The notes under the pieces were generated by a model. It did not search any database, had not been told where the DNA came from, and worked only from the letters and a program-made list of their open reading frames with translations. A program made the position numbers and the translations under genes. This document shows, one piece after another, positions 8,837-19,770 of a stretch of DNA of 64,000 nt (within the stretch, counting starts at the first letter, position 1; each line of letters starts with the position of its first letter). Source of the DNA: Alphaproteobacteria bacterium (GTDB taxonomy: Bacteria > Pseudomonadota > Alphaproteobacteria > UBA828); NCBI GenBank assembly GCA_965214705.1, contig CBDCCI010000002.1:1824001-1888000 (forward strand). The letters run 5' to 3'.

Positions 8837-11143
8837 ATGGCGGAAGACCTGCGCCAAGCGGCGCTCGACTATCACCGCGAGCCCAAGCCGGGCAAGCTCG
8901 GCATCCACGCCACCAAGCGCATGGGCACGCAGCGCGACCTCGCCCTCGCCTACAGCCCCGGCGTGGCCGCGCCCTGCCTGGAAATCGCCGAAGACCCGGC
9001 GCGGGTATGGGACTACACCGCGCGGGCTAACCTGGTCGCGGTGATCAGCAACGGCAGCGCAGTCCTGGGCCTCGGCGCCATCGGCGCGCTCGCCTCCAAG
9101 CCGGTGATGGAAGGCAAGGCGGTCCTCTTCAAGAAGTTCGCCAACATCGACGTGTTCGACATCGAGGTCGACGAAGGCGACGTGGACGCGCTGGTGGAGA
9201 CCGTGGCCCGGTTGGAGCCGACCTTCGGCGCGATCAACCTGGAGGACATCAAGGCGCCTGAGTGCTTCGAGATCGAGCGCCGCCTCAAAGAGCGGCTCAA
9301 CATTCCGGTGTTTCACGACGATCAGCACGGCACCGCGATCTGCGTCGCCGCCGCCGCGCTCAACGCGCTGAGGATCGTCGGCAAGACGCCGGACGCGGCG
9401 CGGGTGGTGTGCTCGGGCGCTGGCGCCGCAGCGATCGCCTGCCTCGATCTTCTGCAGGAGCTCGGGGTCGCGCGCGCCAACATCGCGGTGTGCGACAGCA
9501 AGGGCGTGGTTCACACGGGCCGGACGGACTTGAACGAGCAGAAGCAGCGCTACGCGCTGGACACGGATGCGCGCACGCTGGACGACGCGATTGCGGATGC
9601 GGACATCTTTCTGGGCCTCTCGGGCCCCGGCACCATGACCCAGGCGATGGTGCGGAGCATGGGCTCCAAACCCATTATCCTCGCGCTCGCGAACCCGACG
9701 CCGGAGATCATGCCGGAGGACGCGCTCGCGGCACGGCCCGACGCGATCATCGCGACCGGGCGTTCCGACTATCCAAACCAGGTCAACAACGTGCTCTGCT
9801 TCCCGTTCATCTTCCGGGGCGCGCTCGACTGCGGGGCAACCGAGATCAACACGGCGATGAAGCTCGCCTGCGTGCGCGCGATCGCCGATCTCGCTACCGC
9901 CGAATCCTCCGATGTCGTGGCCGCGGCCTACGGCGACCAGTCGCAGAAGTTCGGCCCGGACTACATCATCCCGAAGCCTTTCGATCCCCGCCTGATCGAG
10001 ACCGTGCCGGCTGCCGTGGCCGAGGCCGCGATGCAGAGCGGTGTCGCTGCCCGGCCGATCGCCGACCTCGCGGCCTACCGGCAGGAGCTCGCGGGCCTCG
10101 TGTTCCGCACCGGCTACCTGATGAAGGTGGTGATCGACCAGGCCAAGAAGGACCGGCAGCGGGTGGTCTACGCCGCCGGCGAGAACGAGCGCGTGCTGCG
10201 CGCTGCCCAGCAGGCGATCGACGAGGGCATCGCGCGGCCAATCCTGATCGGGCGGTCGTCGCGCATCGAAGAACGGATCGACCGGCTCTCGCTCCGGCTC
10301 GAGCCCGGCGCCAACGTCGATGTCATCAATCCGGCGGACTACGAGAAGTACGACACCTATTGGCGGCTCTATCACGAGCTGATGGGACGGCGCGGAGTCG
10401 CGCCTGCGGCGGCGCGCACGACACTCCGCAACCAGCCCACGGTAATCGCGTCGATGATGGTGCGCTGCGGCGACGCCGACGCGCTGCTGGCCGGCCCGGC
10501 TCCACGCTTCCGGCCTGAGCTCAACTACGTGCTCGACGTTATTGGGCTCCGGCCCGGCGTCGACTCGGCGGCGGCGCTGCGGGTCCTGATCCTGACCAAG
10601 GGCATCTTCTTCATCGCCGATACCGATATCATGGAGGATCCGAGCCCCTCACAGATATGCCAATCGGCCGTGCTGACGGCCAGGCAGGTGCGGCGCTTCG
10701 GCATGACGCCTAAGATCGCACTTCTGTCCGCCTCCAACTTCGGCAGCAACGACCTCGCGTCGTCGGTCAAGATGCGCGAGGCGCTGCATCTGCTGCACCA
10801 GCACGCACCCGAGCTGGAGGCCGAGGGCGAGATGAACGCCGATGCCGCGCTCGATGAGGCGATCCGCGCGGAGAGGTTCCCCAACTCACGGCTCAAGGGT
10901 CAGGCCAACACGCTGATCCTCCCCGACCTGACCACGGCCAATATCGCTTACGGCATGCTCAAGGTGCTGGCCGACGGCATCTCGGTCGGCCCGATCCTGC
11001 TCGGGCTCGCGGCGCCGGCCTACGTGCTACACGGCTCCGCCACCACCCGCGGCGTTCTCAACATGACCGCCGTTGCCGCCGTCGAGGCGCAGAGCCGGGC
11101 AGAGGAGGGCGACAGCGCGATCGCCGCCGACGCGGCGAGCTAG
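8837..11143 (+). CDS. maeB: NADP-dependent malic enzyme with C-terminal PTA-like domain
   Basis: [39 protein letters not shown] and a C-terminal GEM.AD.AL...GPILLG domain. Confidence 0.95.
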   Translation: MAEDLRQAALDYHREPKPGKLGIHATKRMGTQRDLALAYSPGVAAPCLEIAEDPARVWDYTARANLVAVISNGSAVLGLGAIGALASKPVMEGKAVLFKKFANIDVFDIEVDEGDVDALVETVARLEPTFGAINLEDIKAPECFEIERRLKERLNIPVFHDDQHGTAICVAAAALNALRIVGKTPDAARVVCSGAGAAAIACLDLLQELGVARANIAVCDSKGVVHTGRTDLNEQKQRYALDTDARTLDDAIADADIFLGLSGPGTMTQAMVRSMGSKPIILALANPTPEIMPEDALAARPDAIIATGRSDYPNQVNNVLCFPFIFRGALDCGATEINTAMKLACVRAIADLATAESSDVVAAAYGDQSQKFGPDYIIPKPFDPRLIETVPAAVAEAAMQSGVAARPIADLAAYRQELAGLVFRTGYLMKVVIDQAKKDRQRVVYAAGENERVLRAAQQAIDEGIARPILIGRSSRIEERIDRLSLRLEPGANVDVINPADYEKYDTYWRLYHELMGRRGVAPAAARTTLRNQPTVIASMMVRCGDADALLAGPAPRFRPELNYVLDVIGLRPGVDSAAALRVLILTKGIFFIADTDIMEDPSPSQICQSAVLTARQVRRFGMTPKIALLSASNFGSNDLASSVKMREALHLLHQHAPELEAEGEMNADAALDEAIRAERFPNSRLKGQANTLILPDLTTANIAYGMLKVLADGISVGPILLGLAAPAYVLHGSATTRGVLNMTAVAAVEAQSRAEEGDSAIAADAAS

Positions 11144-11154
11144 GAGAGGCTTCG

Positions 11155-12561
11155 GTGGCACAGTCCGACTTGCCGCCGGAAGCAGGCACGGCGCCCGAGC
11201 CAGGCGGGCGGGAAGGGCTCTACGGCCTCACCACCGAACTCGTCAGTGCCGTGCGCGCGGCGCTCGCGGAGTCGAACGGTGACCGCGTCCGCGCCCTGGT
11301 GGCGCCCTTGCACGAAGCCGACATCGCCGATCTGATCGAGCGATTTAGCGCCGGCGAGCGCCGCCGTCTTGTCGCTGTCGCCCACGACGTGCTGAGCGGC
11401 GACGTGCTCCCCCATGTCGAGGATGAAATCCGCGAGGAACTGATCGGCGAAATCGGGGCAGAGCGCGCCGCCGAGGCCATCGCGGACATGGAGAGCGACG
11501 ACGCGGTCGCCGTGCTCGAGGATCTCGACGATCCGCAGCGCAAGGAGATTCTCGACGCGATCTCCAGCGAGGAGCGGGCCGGCGTCGCGGAAAGTCTGAC
11601 CTATCCCGAGGATAGCGCCGGCCGCCTGATGCAACGCGAGCTGGTCGCGCTGCCGGCGTTCTGGACGGTGGGCCAGACCATCGACCACATGCGCGAGACC
11701 GGCGGCGACATGCCGGACGACTTCTACGAGATCTATGTCATCGACCCGCAGTACCGGCCGATTGGGCGAATCCCGTTGCACCGGCTGCTCCGCACCCGGC
11801 GCCCGGTGCGGTTGCGCACCATCATGGCGACGGATGTGAGGGCGATCCCCGCCGAGACCGACCAGGAAGAGGTAGGTCACGTCTTCGACCAGTACGACCT
11901 CGTGTCTGCGCCGGTGGTTGGCGAATCCGGGCGCCTGATCGGCGTGATCACCGTGGACGACGTGGTCGACGTGATCCAGGAGGAGGCGGAAGAGGACATC
12001 CTGCGCCTCAGCGGCGTGCGGGAGCCGGACATCTACCGCGCCGCGCTGCGCACCGCCACCGGCCGCTTCACTTGGCTGCTGGTCAATCTCGGCACCGCGA
12101 TTCTGGCGTCCCTTGTGATCTATCAGTTCGATGGGACCATCGATCAGATGGTGGCGCTCGCGGTACTCATGCCCATCGTCGCCTCCATGGGCGGCAACGC
12201 CGGCACCCAGACCATGGCCGTGGCGGTGCGCGCCATTGCCACCAAGGACCTGACGACGGCCAACTTTCTCAGAGTGCTGTGGAAGGAGGTCCTGGTCGGC
12301 GGCTTCAACGGCGTGGTGTTCGCCGTCCTCATCGGCGTCGCCGCCGCGGCCTGGTACGACAACATCGCGCTTGGCATCGTGATCGCCGCCGCGATGATCA
12401 TCAACATGCTGGTGGCTGGTGTGTTCGGCCTGGTGATCCCGGTGGCGCTGTGGCGGCTGAAGATCGACCCGGCGACGGCGGCCGGCGTGGTGCTCACAAC
12501 CATCACGGATGTGATCGGCTTCCTCGCCTTCCTCGGTCTCGCGGGGATGCTGCTGGTGTGA
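11155..12561 (+). CDS. mgtE: Magnesium transporter MgtE
   Basis: YPEDSAGRLM, CBS pair, GVITVDDVVD, ASMGGNAGTQ and DPA...TTITDV. Confidence 0.95.
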   Translation: MAQSDLPPEAGTAPEPGGREGLYGLTTELVSAVRAALAESNGDRVRALVAPLHEADIADLIERFSAGERRRLVAVAHDVLSGDVLPHVEDEIREELIGEIGAERAAEAIADMESDDAVAVLEDLDDPQRKEILDAISSEERAGVAESLTYPEDSAGRLMQRELVALPAFWTVGQTIDHMRETGGDMPDDFYEIYVIDPQYRPIGRIPLHRLLRTRRPVRLRTIMATDVRAIPAETDQEEVGHVFDQYDLVSAPVVGESGRLIGVITVDDVVDVIQEEAEEDILRLSGVREPDIYRAALRTATGRFTWLLVNLGTAILASLVIYQFDGTIDQMVALAVLMPIVASMGGNAGTQTMAVAVRAIATKDLTTANFLRVLWKEVLVGGFNGVVFAVLIGVAAAAWYDNIALGIVIAAAMIINMLVAGVFGLVIPVALWRLKIDPATAAGVVLTTITDVIGFLAFLGLAGMLLV

Positions 12562-12700
12562 TGGCGGCTCAACGGCCGCTGCTGGCGGAGCTGCGGGGCC
12601 GTTGATAGATTCGAGGAGGCGCGCTCACGTTTCGACGCGTGTTCAGCGCCCGCTTCTCCGGACTGGCAGGGAACCGGAACCGACGAAGAGGTATCGAACC

Positions 12701-13705
12701 ATGGCGCATGCCGCGAAACGCGCAGCCGTCGCCCTTGCTTCCGCGGCGCTGCTCTCAATCTCACTGACCGCGACCGCCGTCGCCGAGACCGAATGGGACC
12801 TGCCGCTCGCCTGGCCCGACGGCAACTTCCACGTCGAGAATGCCAAGACCTTCGCCAAGGTGGTGGGGCAGGTCACCGGCGGCGAGGTCGTCATCAATAT
12901 CCACGCGGGCGGGTCCCTCGGCTTCAAGGGGCCGGAGATGCTGAACGCGGTCGGCGACGGCCTCGTGCCCATCGGCGAGATGTTGCTCAACCAGCAGGTG
13001 GGAGAGCGGAAGATCCTGGGGCTGGAGACGCAGCCCTACGTCGTCGAGGACCTCGACCAGTTCGCGATCTTCCACAAGCACTTCCGCCCGGCCATCGAGC
13101 GGGTGGCGGCGGATTACAACCAGAAGGTGCTCTACGTGGTGCCGTGGCCGCGCCAGTACGTCTACACCAAGGTGGAGGCGATGGGCGTCGCGGACCTCAC
13201 CGGCATCAAGATTCGCACCTACAACGACACGACGACCGAGATGTTCAACCGCATCGGCATGACCTCGGTGCAGCTCCCCTGGGGCGAGGTGGTGCCCTCG
13301 CTCGCGGCCGGCACCATCGACGCGGTCACGACATCGGCGAGCTCTGGTGTGGACGGGAAGTTCTGGGAGTTCCTGACGCACATGTACCCGACGAGCCACG
13401 TCTGGTCGTCGAACGCGGTTTCCGTGAACCTCGATGCCTGGAACGACCTCACCGGTGGCCAGCGCGACGCCATCGAGGCTGCGGCCCGGATGCTTGAACC
13501 GGTGTTCTGGCAGGTCAGCAAGGCGGAGGACGCGGCGAAGTCGAAGATCCTGAACGAGCGGGGCGTGGCGATGGCGGAAGTGTCGGCGGCGATGCTGGCC
13601 GACATGCAGGCCGCGACCGAGCCGATGCTGGCCGAGGCACTGGCCGAGCTCGGCGACGAGGGCGAGGCCATCATCGACGGCTTCTTCCGAGACATCGGCC
13701 GCTAG
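12701..13705 (+). CDS. dctP: TRAP transporter substrate-binding protein
   Basis: Signal peptide, GIKIRTY and LPWGEV..LA.G.IDA; followed by small and large TRAP permeases. Confidence 0.88.
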   Translation: MAHAAKRAAVALASAALLSISLTATAVAETEWDLPLAWPDGNFHVENAKTFAKVVGQVTGGEVVINIHAGGSLGFKGPEMLNAVGDGLVPIGEMLLNQQVGERKILGLETQPYVVEDLDQFAIFHKHFRPAIERVAADYNQKVLYVVPWPRQYVYTKVEAMGVADLTGIKIRTYNDTTTEMFNRIGMTSVQLPWGEVVPSLAAGTIDAVTTSASSGVDGKFWEFLTHMYPTSHVWSSNAVSVNLDAWNDLTGGQRDAIEAAARMLEPVFWQVSKAEDAAKSKILNERGVAMAEVSAAMLADMQAATEPMLAEALAELGDEGEAIIDGFFRDIGR

Positions 13706-13792
13706 CGGGGCACGGCTCCGGTGCCCGGCGGAGCGTCGCCAGCGCCGGGTTCCGGTCTGGATAGCCTGGAGCGGGCAGGGGAGGCCGGCACC

Positions 13793-14326
13793 GTGTCCGT
13801 TCTGGTGCGGATTCTGGCGGGGATCGACGCGTTGTCGCGCGCCTGCGGCTACATCGCGGCCGCGCTCGTTCTCGGGATCGCGGGGCTCATCCTGGCCGAA
13901 ATCTTCTGCCGCACGGTGCTCAACCTAAGCCTCTCCTTCGCCTGGGAGTACGCCGTGTACTTCTTCGCCGTCTCGATCCTGCTCGGCGCGGCGTTCGCCT
14001 TGCGGACGGGCGGGCACGTCAGGGTGATGCTGCTCTCGCAGAGCGTCCCGCCGAGAGTGGCGCACTGGCTCGACGTCGCGGCCACCGTGGTCGGCACTCT
14101 GATCGCCGGGTTCCTCGCGTGGGCGCTGACCGCCTTCGCCGCGCGGTCATGGGTGAGCGGCAGCACGTCCCCCACCATCGATGAGACGCCGCTGGTCTAT
14201 CCGCAGGCCGCGATGGCGTTCGGGGCGGCGCTGCTCACGCTGCAGCTCGTGGCCCGTGCGGTGCGGCTGCTCGTTGGCGAGCCGCCCGAGGACGAGGAGC
14301 AGACGCGGGAGTTCGGCGCGGGATGA
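13793..14326 (+). CDS. dctQ: TRAP transporter small permease
   Basis: Four TM segments and GGHVRV motif; start codon approximate. Confidence 0.85.
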   Translation: MSVLVRILAGIDALSRACGYIAAALVLGIAGLILAEIFCRTVLNLSLSFAWEYAVYFFAVSILLGAAFALRTGGHVRVMLLSQSVPPRVAHWLDVAATVVGTLIAGFLAWALTAFAARSWVSGSTSPTIDETPLVYPQAAMAFGAALLTLQLVARAVRLLVGEPPEDEEQTREFGAG

Positions 14327-14330
14327 GGGC

Positions 14331-15635
14331 ATGACCGTCGCCGCCGCCGGCGCCGTTCTCGGCGTGCTCGCCCTGGTGCTGGGCGTCGGGGTCTGGGTCG
14401 GACTCGCGCTCTTCGCTCCCGGCCTCGTCAGCCTCGCCGTCTTCCGCAGCCTGCCGGTCGAGAAGCTTCTCGCGCAGCTCACCTGGAACGCGACCACCAC
14501 GCCGGAGCTGATCGCGCTCCCGCTCTTCATCCTGATGGCCGAGATCCTGTTCCACTCGCGGCTCTCGGCTTCGCTCTTCACCGGGCTCGCGCCGTGGACG
14601 ACCCGCCTGCCGGGCCGGCTGCTGCACGTGAACGTGCTGGGCTGCACCATGTTCGCGGCGATCTCGGGCTCCTCGGCCGCGACCACCGCCACCGTGGGCC
14701 GCATCACGCTGACGGAGCTCCTGCGGCGCGGCTACGACCGCGATCTGGCCATGGGCTCGCTCGCAGGCGCCGGCACGCTGGGCTTCCTGATACCGCCGAG
14801 CATCATCCTCATCATCTACGGCGTGCTCTCGGAAACCTCGATCCTCAAGCTCTTTCTCGCTGGGATCATTCCGGGGCTGATGCTCGCCGTGCTCTACATG
14901 ACCTGGCTCGGCATCCGCGCGCGCTGGAAGCCCTCGGTCGTGCCGGAGGAAGCGGAGAGCATGAGCCTCGCCGAGAAGCTGCTCGGGCTCCGGCACCTTA
15001 TCCCCGTGGTGTTCCTGATCCTCGCGGTTCTGGGCTCGATGTACGGCGGCATCGCCAGCCCGTCCGAAGCCGCGGCAGTGGGCGTGCTGGGCGCGCTGAT
15101 CGTGAGCGCCGCGCAGCGGACGCTCACTTGGGAGACGATCCGCAAGGCAAGCCTGGGCGCGGTTCGGACCATCAGCATGATCGGCCTGATCATCGCGGGC
15201 GCGTACTTCCTGTCGATCGCCATGGGGTTCCTCGGCATACCCCGCTTGATCGCTGGCGAGATCGCGGCGCTCCAGCTCTCGCCCATCGCGCTCATTATCC
15301 TGCTGCTCGCCTTCTACGCGATCCTCGGCTGCGTGCTGGAGGGCATGTCGAGCATCGTCATGACACTCCCCATCACCTTGCCGCTGGTGACTGCGGCGGG
15401 CTTCGACAAGATCTGGTTCGGGGTGTTCCTGGTGATCGTGGTGGAGATGGCCCAGATCACGCCGCCGGTCGGCTTCAACCTGTTCGTGATTCAGGGGATG
15501 ACGGGGGAGCGGATCGGACGGATCGCCCGCGCGACGCTGCCGTTCTTCCTGATCATGGCGGGGCTCGCGCTGCTCATCACCCTCGTGCCTGAGGTTGTGA
15601 CCGTTCTGCCGAACGCGATCCGCCTGGGTAACTGA
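14331..15635 (+). CDS. dctM: TRAP transporter large permease
   Basis: ALPLFILMAE, AAISGSSAAT, GTLGFLIPPS and ITPPVGFNLF. Confidence 0.93.
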   Translation: MTVAAAGAVLGVLALVLGVGVWVGLALFAPGLVSLAVFRSLPVEKLLAQLTWNATTTPELIALPLFILMAEILFHSRLSASLFTGLAPWTTRLPGRLLHVNVLGCTMFAAISGSSAATTATVGRITLTELLRRGYDRDLAMGSLAGAGTLGFLIPPSIILIIYGVLSETSILKLFLAGIIPGLMLAVLYMTWLGIRARWKPSVVPEEAESMSLAEKLLGLRHLIPVVFLILAVLGSMYGGIASPSEAAAVGVLGALIVSAAQRTLTWETIRKASLGAVRTISMIGLIIAGAYFLSIAMGFLGIPRLIAGEIAALQLSPIALIILLLAFYAILGCVLEGMSSIVMTLPITLPLVTAAGFDKIWFGVFLVIVVEMAQITPPVGFNLFVIQGMTGERIGRIARATLPFFLIMAGLALLITLVPEVVTVLPNAIRLGN

Positions 15636-15673
15636 AGGGTGAGACAACGGAGATCAACGGTGTGCAGTGAGCG

Positions 15674-16078
15674 CTATTCCTCCCGCAGCCAGCGGGTCGC
15701 GTGCGCCGGCGCATGCGTGGGGTCGAACTCGAAGAGCTCCAGCAGCACGTCGTCGGGCGCGGCGCACATGATGTAGCGCCAGGTGCCGAACTCGCGGATG
15801 TCGCTGCGGAAAGTCACGCCTTGGGCCTTCATGCGTGCGACCAGGGCGCGCAGGTCGTCGCTGCGGATGCCGATGTGGTGGACGGCGCCGCGGCCTTCGT
15901 CGCGGGGCGGCTGGTCGTAGAGGTGCAGCCCGCCGCTACCGATGCGCATGAAGACGTTGCGGGAGCCGGCGAGCACGCCGTCGTAGATCAACTCGCCGTC
16001 CAGCATGTCGTGCCACCAGGCGATGGTCGCGTCGATGTCGCGGGCGAAGATGTGGACGTGGTGGAGGCTCTCGGCCAT
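15674..16078 (-). CDS. VOC/glyoxalase family protein
   Basis: LHHVHIF, VHHIGI and APDDVLLELFE. Confidence 0.85.
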   Translation of the reverse strand: MAESLHHVHIFARDIDATIAWWHDMLDGELIYDGVLAGSRNVFMRIGSGGLHLYDQPPRDEGRGAVHHIGIRSDDLRALVARMKAQGVTFRSDIREFGTWRYIMCAAPDDVLLELFEFDPTHAPAHATRWLREE

Positions 16079-16140
16079 GGTGAGTTGAAGCTAGAGCCCT
16101 TTTCGCGAGGCGTCTTTGCACCCGCACGAATTCCCCCTTG

Positions 16141-16226
16141 CGTCATGGCCGGGCTTGTCCCGGCCATCCACGTCCCTCCGCAGCACGTGGCCGACATGGA
16201 TGCCCGGATCAAGTCCGGGCATGACG
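16141..16226. repeat. Intergenic palindromic (REP/RPE-like) element, copy 1
   Basis: CGTCATGGCCGGGCTTGTCCCGGCCATCCAC...GATGCCCGGATCAAGTCCGGGCATGACG: two hairpin arms within terminal inverted repeats; arms identical to the copy at 18187. Confidence 0.85.
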
Positions 16227-16296
16227 AGAGAGGTAGTCACCGGCTCGGAAAGCGATCCGACCGACCCGCCATCGCACAAGTGTCGGAACCGGGACA

Positions 16297-17313
16297 CTAG
16301 GCGGCGCCTTCGACCAGCGGCACCACCTCTTCGGCGAAGAGCCGCATGCTGTCGGTCACCTGGGCGTGCGGCATGCCGAGCCAGTCCATGCCGAGGATGA
16401 ACGTGGTGATGCCGAGGCGGCGGTCGTAGCCAGCGATCTGCTCGGCGACCTCCTCGGGCGAGCCGAAGAGGAAGCGGTCCCGCATCAGCTCCTCGAAGTC
16501 GAGCGAGAGGTCGTCGTCGCCCTTGGGCATGGCCTTGTCCTGACCCCACTGGTGGTAGGTCTTGTACTTCTCCTCCAGGTAGGGGCGGGCAAGACGCTTG
16601 GCTTCCGCCCTGGTGCGGGCGACGAAGATCTCGCGCATGAGCGGGAGTTCGTCGGGGAAAGGTTTCTTGGCCTCGTCAAGCGCGCGCCGGTAGATCGCGA
16701 GTTGGCGCTCGGTGGTCTCCATGCGCTGGTGCGGGTTGATGAACCAGGTGTCGCCGAGCCGGGCCGCGCGCTCGACCGCGGCGTCGGCATTCGCGCCGAG
16801 CCAGATCGGCGGGTGCGGCTGCTGCATCGGCTTGAGCGAGACGGTCGCGTTCTCGAGCGTGAAGTGGGAGCCCGCCATGCTGACGCCGTCCTCGGTCCAG
16901 AGGCGGACGACGGCCTCCAGGTTCTCCTCGAGCCGCATGACGCGCTCGACCTGGGTAGTGCCGAAACCCTTGAACTCCACCTCGCGATAGCCGAGGCCCG
17001 CGCCGAAGATCATGCGCCCGCCCGACATCACGTCGAGCGTCGCGACCTGCTCCGCGATATCGAGCGGTTTGTGCAGCGAGAGCAGGATGATCCCTGGCAG
17101 CAGGCGGCAGCGGGGCGCCTCGACCATGAGCCGCGCCAGCAGCGGGATCTGCTGATACTGCTGCAAGGGGTAAGCGGCGTAATGCATGCCAGTGGCGAGA
17201 ATGTCGAAGCCCAGCTCGTCCGCGAGCCTCGCTTGAGCGCAGAGGTCCGCGAAGCGCGCGTTCATGTCCTCGCCGCGGCGGAACTGGCCGCGGATGAAGA
17301 ATCCGTACTTCAT
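16297..17313 (-). CDS. LLM class flavin-dependent oxidoreductase
   Basis: ADELGFD..GMH, AEQVATLDVMSGGR..GAGLGYR..EF, PPIWLGA and GSPEEVAEQI. Confidence 0.9.
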   Translation of the reverse strand: MKYGFFIRGQFRRGEDMNARFADLCAQARLADELGFDILATGMHYAAYPLQQYQQIPLLARLMVEAPRCRLLPGIILLSLHKPLDIAEQVATLDVMSGGRMIFGAGLGYREVEFKGFGTTQVERVMRLEENLEAVVRLWTEDGVSMAGSHFTLENATVSLKPMQQPHPPIWLGANADAAVERAARLGDTWFINPHQRMETTERQLAIYRRALDEAKKPFPDELPLMREIFVARTRAEAKRLARPYLEEKYKTYHQWGQDKAMPKGDDDLSLDFEELMRDRFLFGSPEEVAEQIAGYDRRLGITTFILGMDWLGMPHAQVTDSMRLFAEEVVPLVEGAA

Positions 17314-17321
17314 GGTGCTCC

Positions 17322-18125
17322 TCAGCCCGCCGCCGGCTCCTGCGAGAGCGTGCGGAGGCAATCGTCGTCCAGGGGCTCGATCGGCGACCAGTCGCGGGTG
17401 CAGTGATGCTCGGCGCGCTCGAACCTGGTCGGCGGGTTATCGGTGGCGGCGACGTTGAGATAGAAGATGCGGCGCGGCCAAGGGGTGATGTTGCCAGCCG
17501 AGCCGTGGACCATGTTGGCATGGCTGATCAGCACCGAGCCGGCCGGACCGGTGACCTGTTCGATGCCGCCCGCGTCCACGATGTGGGTAAGGTGCTCGTC
17601 GGAGATGACGAAGAGCGTGTAGCCGGGCGATTCCTCGTTGTCCGCAGCCTCGGCGATCAGCCCGTAGTGGTGCGAGCCCGGCACCAGCATGAGCGGGCCG
17701 TTGGCGGCGCTGGCCTCGTCCAGCAGGATCGCAACCATGAAGGCTCTGGGTTCCTTGAGCCCGTCGCGGTCCGACCAGGTGGCGTAGTCCTGATGCCAGT
17801 CCCACGGGCCGCCGTGGAACGCCGCCTTGGGGTTGAGCCGCGACTGGTGGATGTAGACCGGGCCGCCCATCAGCTCCTGCACCGGCGCCAGCCAGCGCGG
17901 ATGGCGCGAGAGACGGTGGAACGCCTCGTTGAAGCGATGGGCGCCGTAGACGAGCCTGACCGCGTCCGACTCCGCTTCCGGGACCACCTCGGGGCCTTCC
18001 CGCGCCGCCACCGTCTCGACCTCGGCCCGGAGCGGCGCGATTTCCTCCTCCGAGAAGAGAGCGGGGAGGAGCAGGTAACCGTGGTCCTCGAATTCGCGCC
18101 GCTGGGCGTCGGTGAGCGCGGGCAT
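17322..18125 (-). CDS. Phytanoyl-CoA dioxygenase family 2OG-Fe(II) oxygenase
   Basis: FEDHGYL, WHQD, NGPLMLVPGSH and HGS..N...RR (HxD...H facial triad). Confidence 0.88.
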   Translation of the reverse strand: MPALTDAQRREFEDHGYLLLPALFSEEEIAPLRAEVETVAAREGPEVVPEAESDAVRLVYGAHRFNEAFHRLSRHPRWLAPVQELMGGPVYIHQSRLNPKAAFHGGPWDWHQDYATWSDRDGLKEPRAFMVAILLDEASAANGPLMLVPGSHHYGLIAEAADNEESPGYTLFVISDEHLTHIVDAGGIEQVTGPAGSVLISHANMVHGSAGNITPWPRRIFYLNVAATDNPPTRFERAEHHCTRDWSPIEPLDDDCLRTLSQEPAAG

Positions 18126-18186
18126 GGCCAGAGACCCTAGCGTCCTGTTCTGCAACAGAAGACGAACGGTAGCCGAGTCTCCTTCT

Positions 18187-18276
18187 CGTCATGGCCGGGC
18201 TTGTCCCGGCCATCCACGGGGGCGCCCCGGTCTCGCGTGGCGGAACGAGATGCCCGGATCAAGTCCGGGCATGACG
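18187..18276. repeat. Intergenic palindromic (REP/RPE-like) element, copy 2
   Basis: Same arms as 16141-16226 with a different central spacer. Confidence 0.85.
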
Positions 18277-18321
18277 TGAAGGGGAGACTGGCGAATTTCA
18301 TGCGACTTTCCGTGACACGAC

Positions 18322-19026
18322 CTAACCGCCCATGCCGACGAACTCGGCGACGAGGTCGGGGTCGGAGAGCTGCGACGGCGACACCTCGCTGGTGAACTGG
18401 CCGCGCTGGATGATGAGCACGCGCTGGGAGAGCTCGGCGATGAAGTCGAGGTTCTGCTCGACCAGCACGACGGTGAGCTTGCGCCGGGCCTGCAACGTCT
18501 TGAGGATCTCGACGATCTCTTCGACGATCGAGGGCTGGATGCCTTCGGTCGGCTCGTCCAGGAGGATCAGGCGGGGGCGGCCGCAGAGGCAGCGCGCCAG
18601 CGCCAGGATCTGCTGCTCACCGCCGGAGAGCACGCGGCCGGCGCGGTCGAGCAGCGGCTTGAGGCGCGGAAACTCCTCCAGCACCTCGTCGAGCACCTCC
18701 TGCTCGTCCACCTTTTGCACCGCGAAGCCCAGCCTGAGATTGTCGCGCACGCTCACGTTGGGGAAGATCTCGCGGCCCTGCGGCACGTAGCCGATGCCGC
18801 GCCGGTTGCGCCTGTGCGGTGGCTCCCGCGTGATGGTCTCGCCCTCGAAGGTGATCGTGCCATCAGTGGTCTTGACCAGGCCGATCAGGGTCTTGAGCAG
18901 CGTGGTCTTGCCCATGCCGTTGTGGCCCAGGATGCCGACGAATTCACCCTCTGCCACCTGGAGGTCGACGCCGTGCAGGATCGGGATCCTGCCGTAGCTC
19001 GCGCGAATGCCTTCTGCGCTCAGCAT
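18322..19026 (-). CDS. ABC transporter ATP-binding protein (UrtE/LivF-like)
   Basis: GHNGMGKT, LSGGEQQ and LLDEPTEGIQPS. Confidence 0.9.
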   Translation of the reverse strand: MLSAEGIRASYGRIPILHGVDLQVAEGEFVGILGHNGMGKTTLLKTLIGLVKTTDGTITFEGETITREPPHRRNRRGIGYVPQGREIFPNVSVRDNLRLGFAVQKVDEQEVLDEVLEEFPRLKPLLDRAGRVLSGGEQQILALARCLCGRPRLILLDEPTEGIQPSIVEEIVEILKTLQARRKLTVVLVEQNLDFIAELSQRVLIIQRGQFTSEVSPSQLSDPDLVAEFVGMGG

Positions 19027-19029
19027 CGC

Positions 19030-19770
19030 TCAGGCCTGGTGCTGCTTGCCGAGGTAGATGTCGCGCACCTGTTGATTCTTCTCCAGGTTCGCCATGGTGT
19101 CCTCGATCAGGATCGCTCCTTGATGGAACACGGTCACCCGCTTCGCGATCGACTTGATGAACTGCATGTCATGTTCGACAACGATCATCGACGTGGTCTT
19201 GTTAATTTCGAGAATCAGGTCTGTGGTCTGGTTGACCTCCTCGTGGGTCATGCCCGCCGTCGGCTCGTCGAGCAGGATCAGCTCCGGCTCGCCGGTGAGC
19301 ACGGTGCCGAGCTCGACCCGCTGGCGCTCGCCGTGAGCGAGCTGGCCGACGACGCGGCGGGCGAGGGCGCTGAGGCGGAGGCGGTCCAGAATCTCGTCCA
19401 CGATGCGGTTGGCCTCGCGGCGGCCGTGATGGCGGCGGGCTGCGACCCAGATGTTCTCGTGCACGCTCAAGCCGTCGAAGACGCTCGGCACCTGGGTCTT
19501 GATGCCGATGCCGCGGCGCGCGATCTGGTAGGTGTGGGAGCCGGTGATGTCGGCGCCCCGGAAGCGGACCCGCCCGGCGGACGCCTTGTACTGGTGGGTC
19601 AGGCACTTGAAGAAGGTGCTCTTGCCGGCGCCGTTGGGGCCGATCAAGCAGCGCAGCTCGCCCTCATCCATGGAGAAGTCGACATCGTCGACCGCGACCA
19701 CGCCGCCGAAGCGCATGGTGAGCCGGTGCGTCTCCAGGATGGGCACTCCGTTCGTCGCTGAGTCGGTCAC
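19030..19770 (-). CDS. ABC transporter ATP-binding protein (UrtD/LivG-like)
   Basis: GPNGAGKST, LAHGERQ, LLDEPTAGM and VVEHDM. GTGA overlap with the upstream gene. Confidence 0.9.
   Translation of the reverse strand: MTDSATNGVPILETHRLTMRFGGVVAVDDVDFSMDEGELRCLIGPNGAGKSTFFKCLTHQYKASAGRVRFRGADITGSHTYQIARRGIGIKTQVPSVFDGLSVHENIWVAARRHHGRREANRIVDEILDRLRLSALARRVVGQLAHGERQRVELGTVLTGEPELILLDEPTAGMTHEEVNQTTDLILEINKTTSMIVVEHDMQFIKSIAKRVTVFHQGAILIEDTMANLEKNQQVRDIYLGKQHQA

Noticed and set aside
17322-18125. Ectoine hydroxylase EctD
   Set aside because: It has WDWHQDYATW rather than the EctD signature FxWHSDFETWH, and there are no ect genes nearby.
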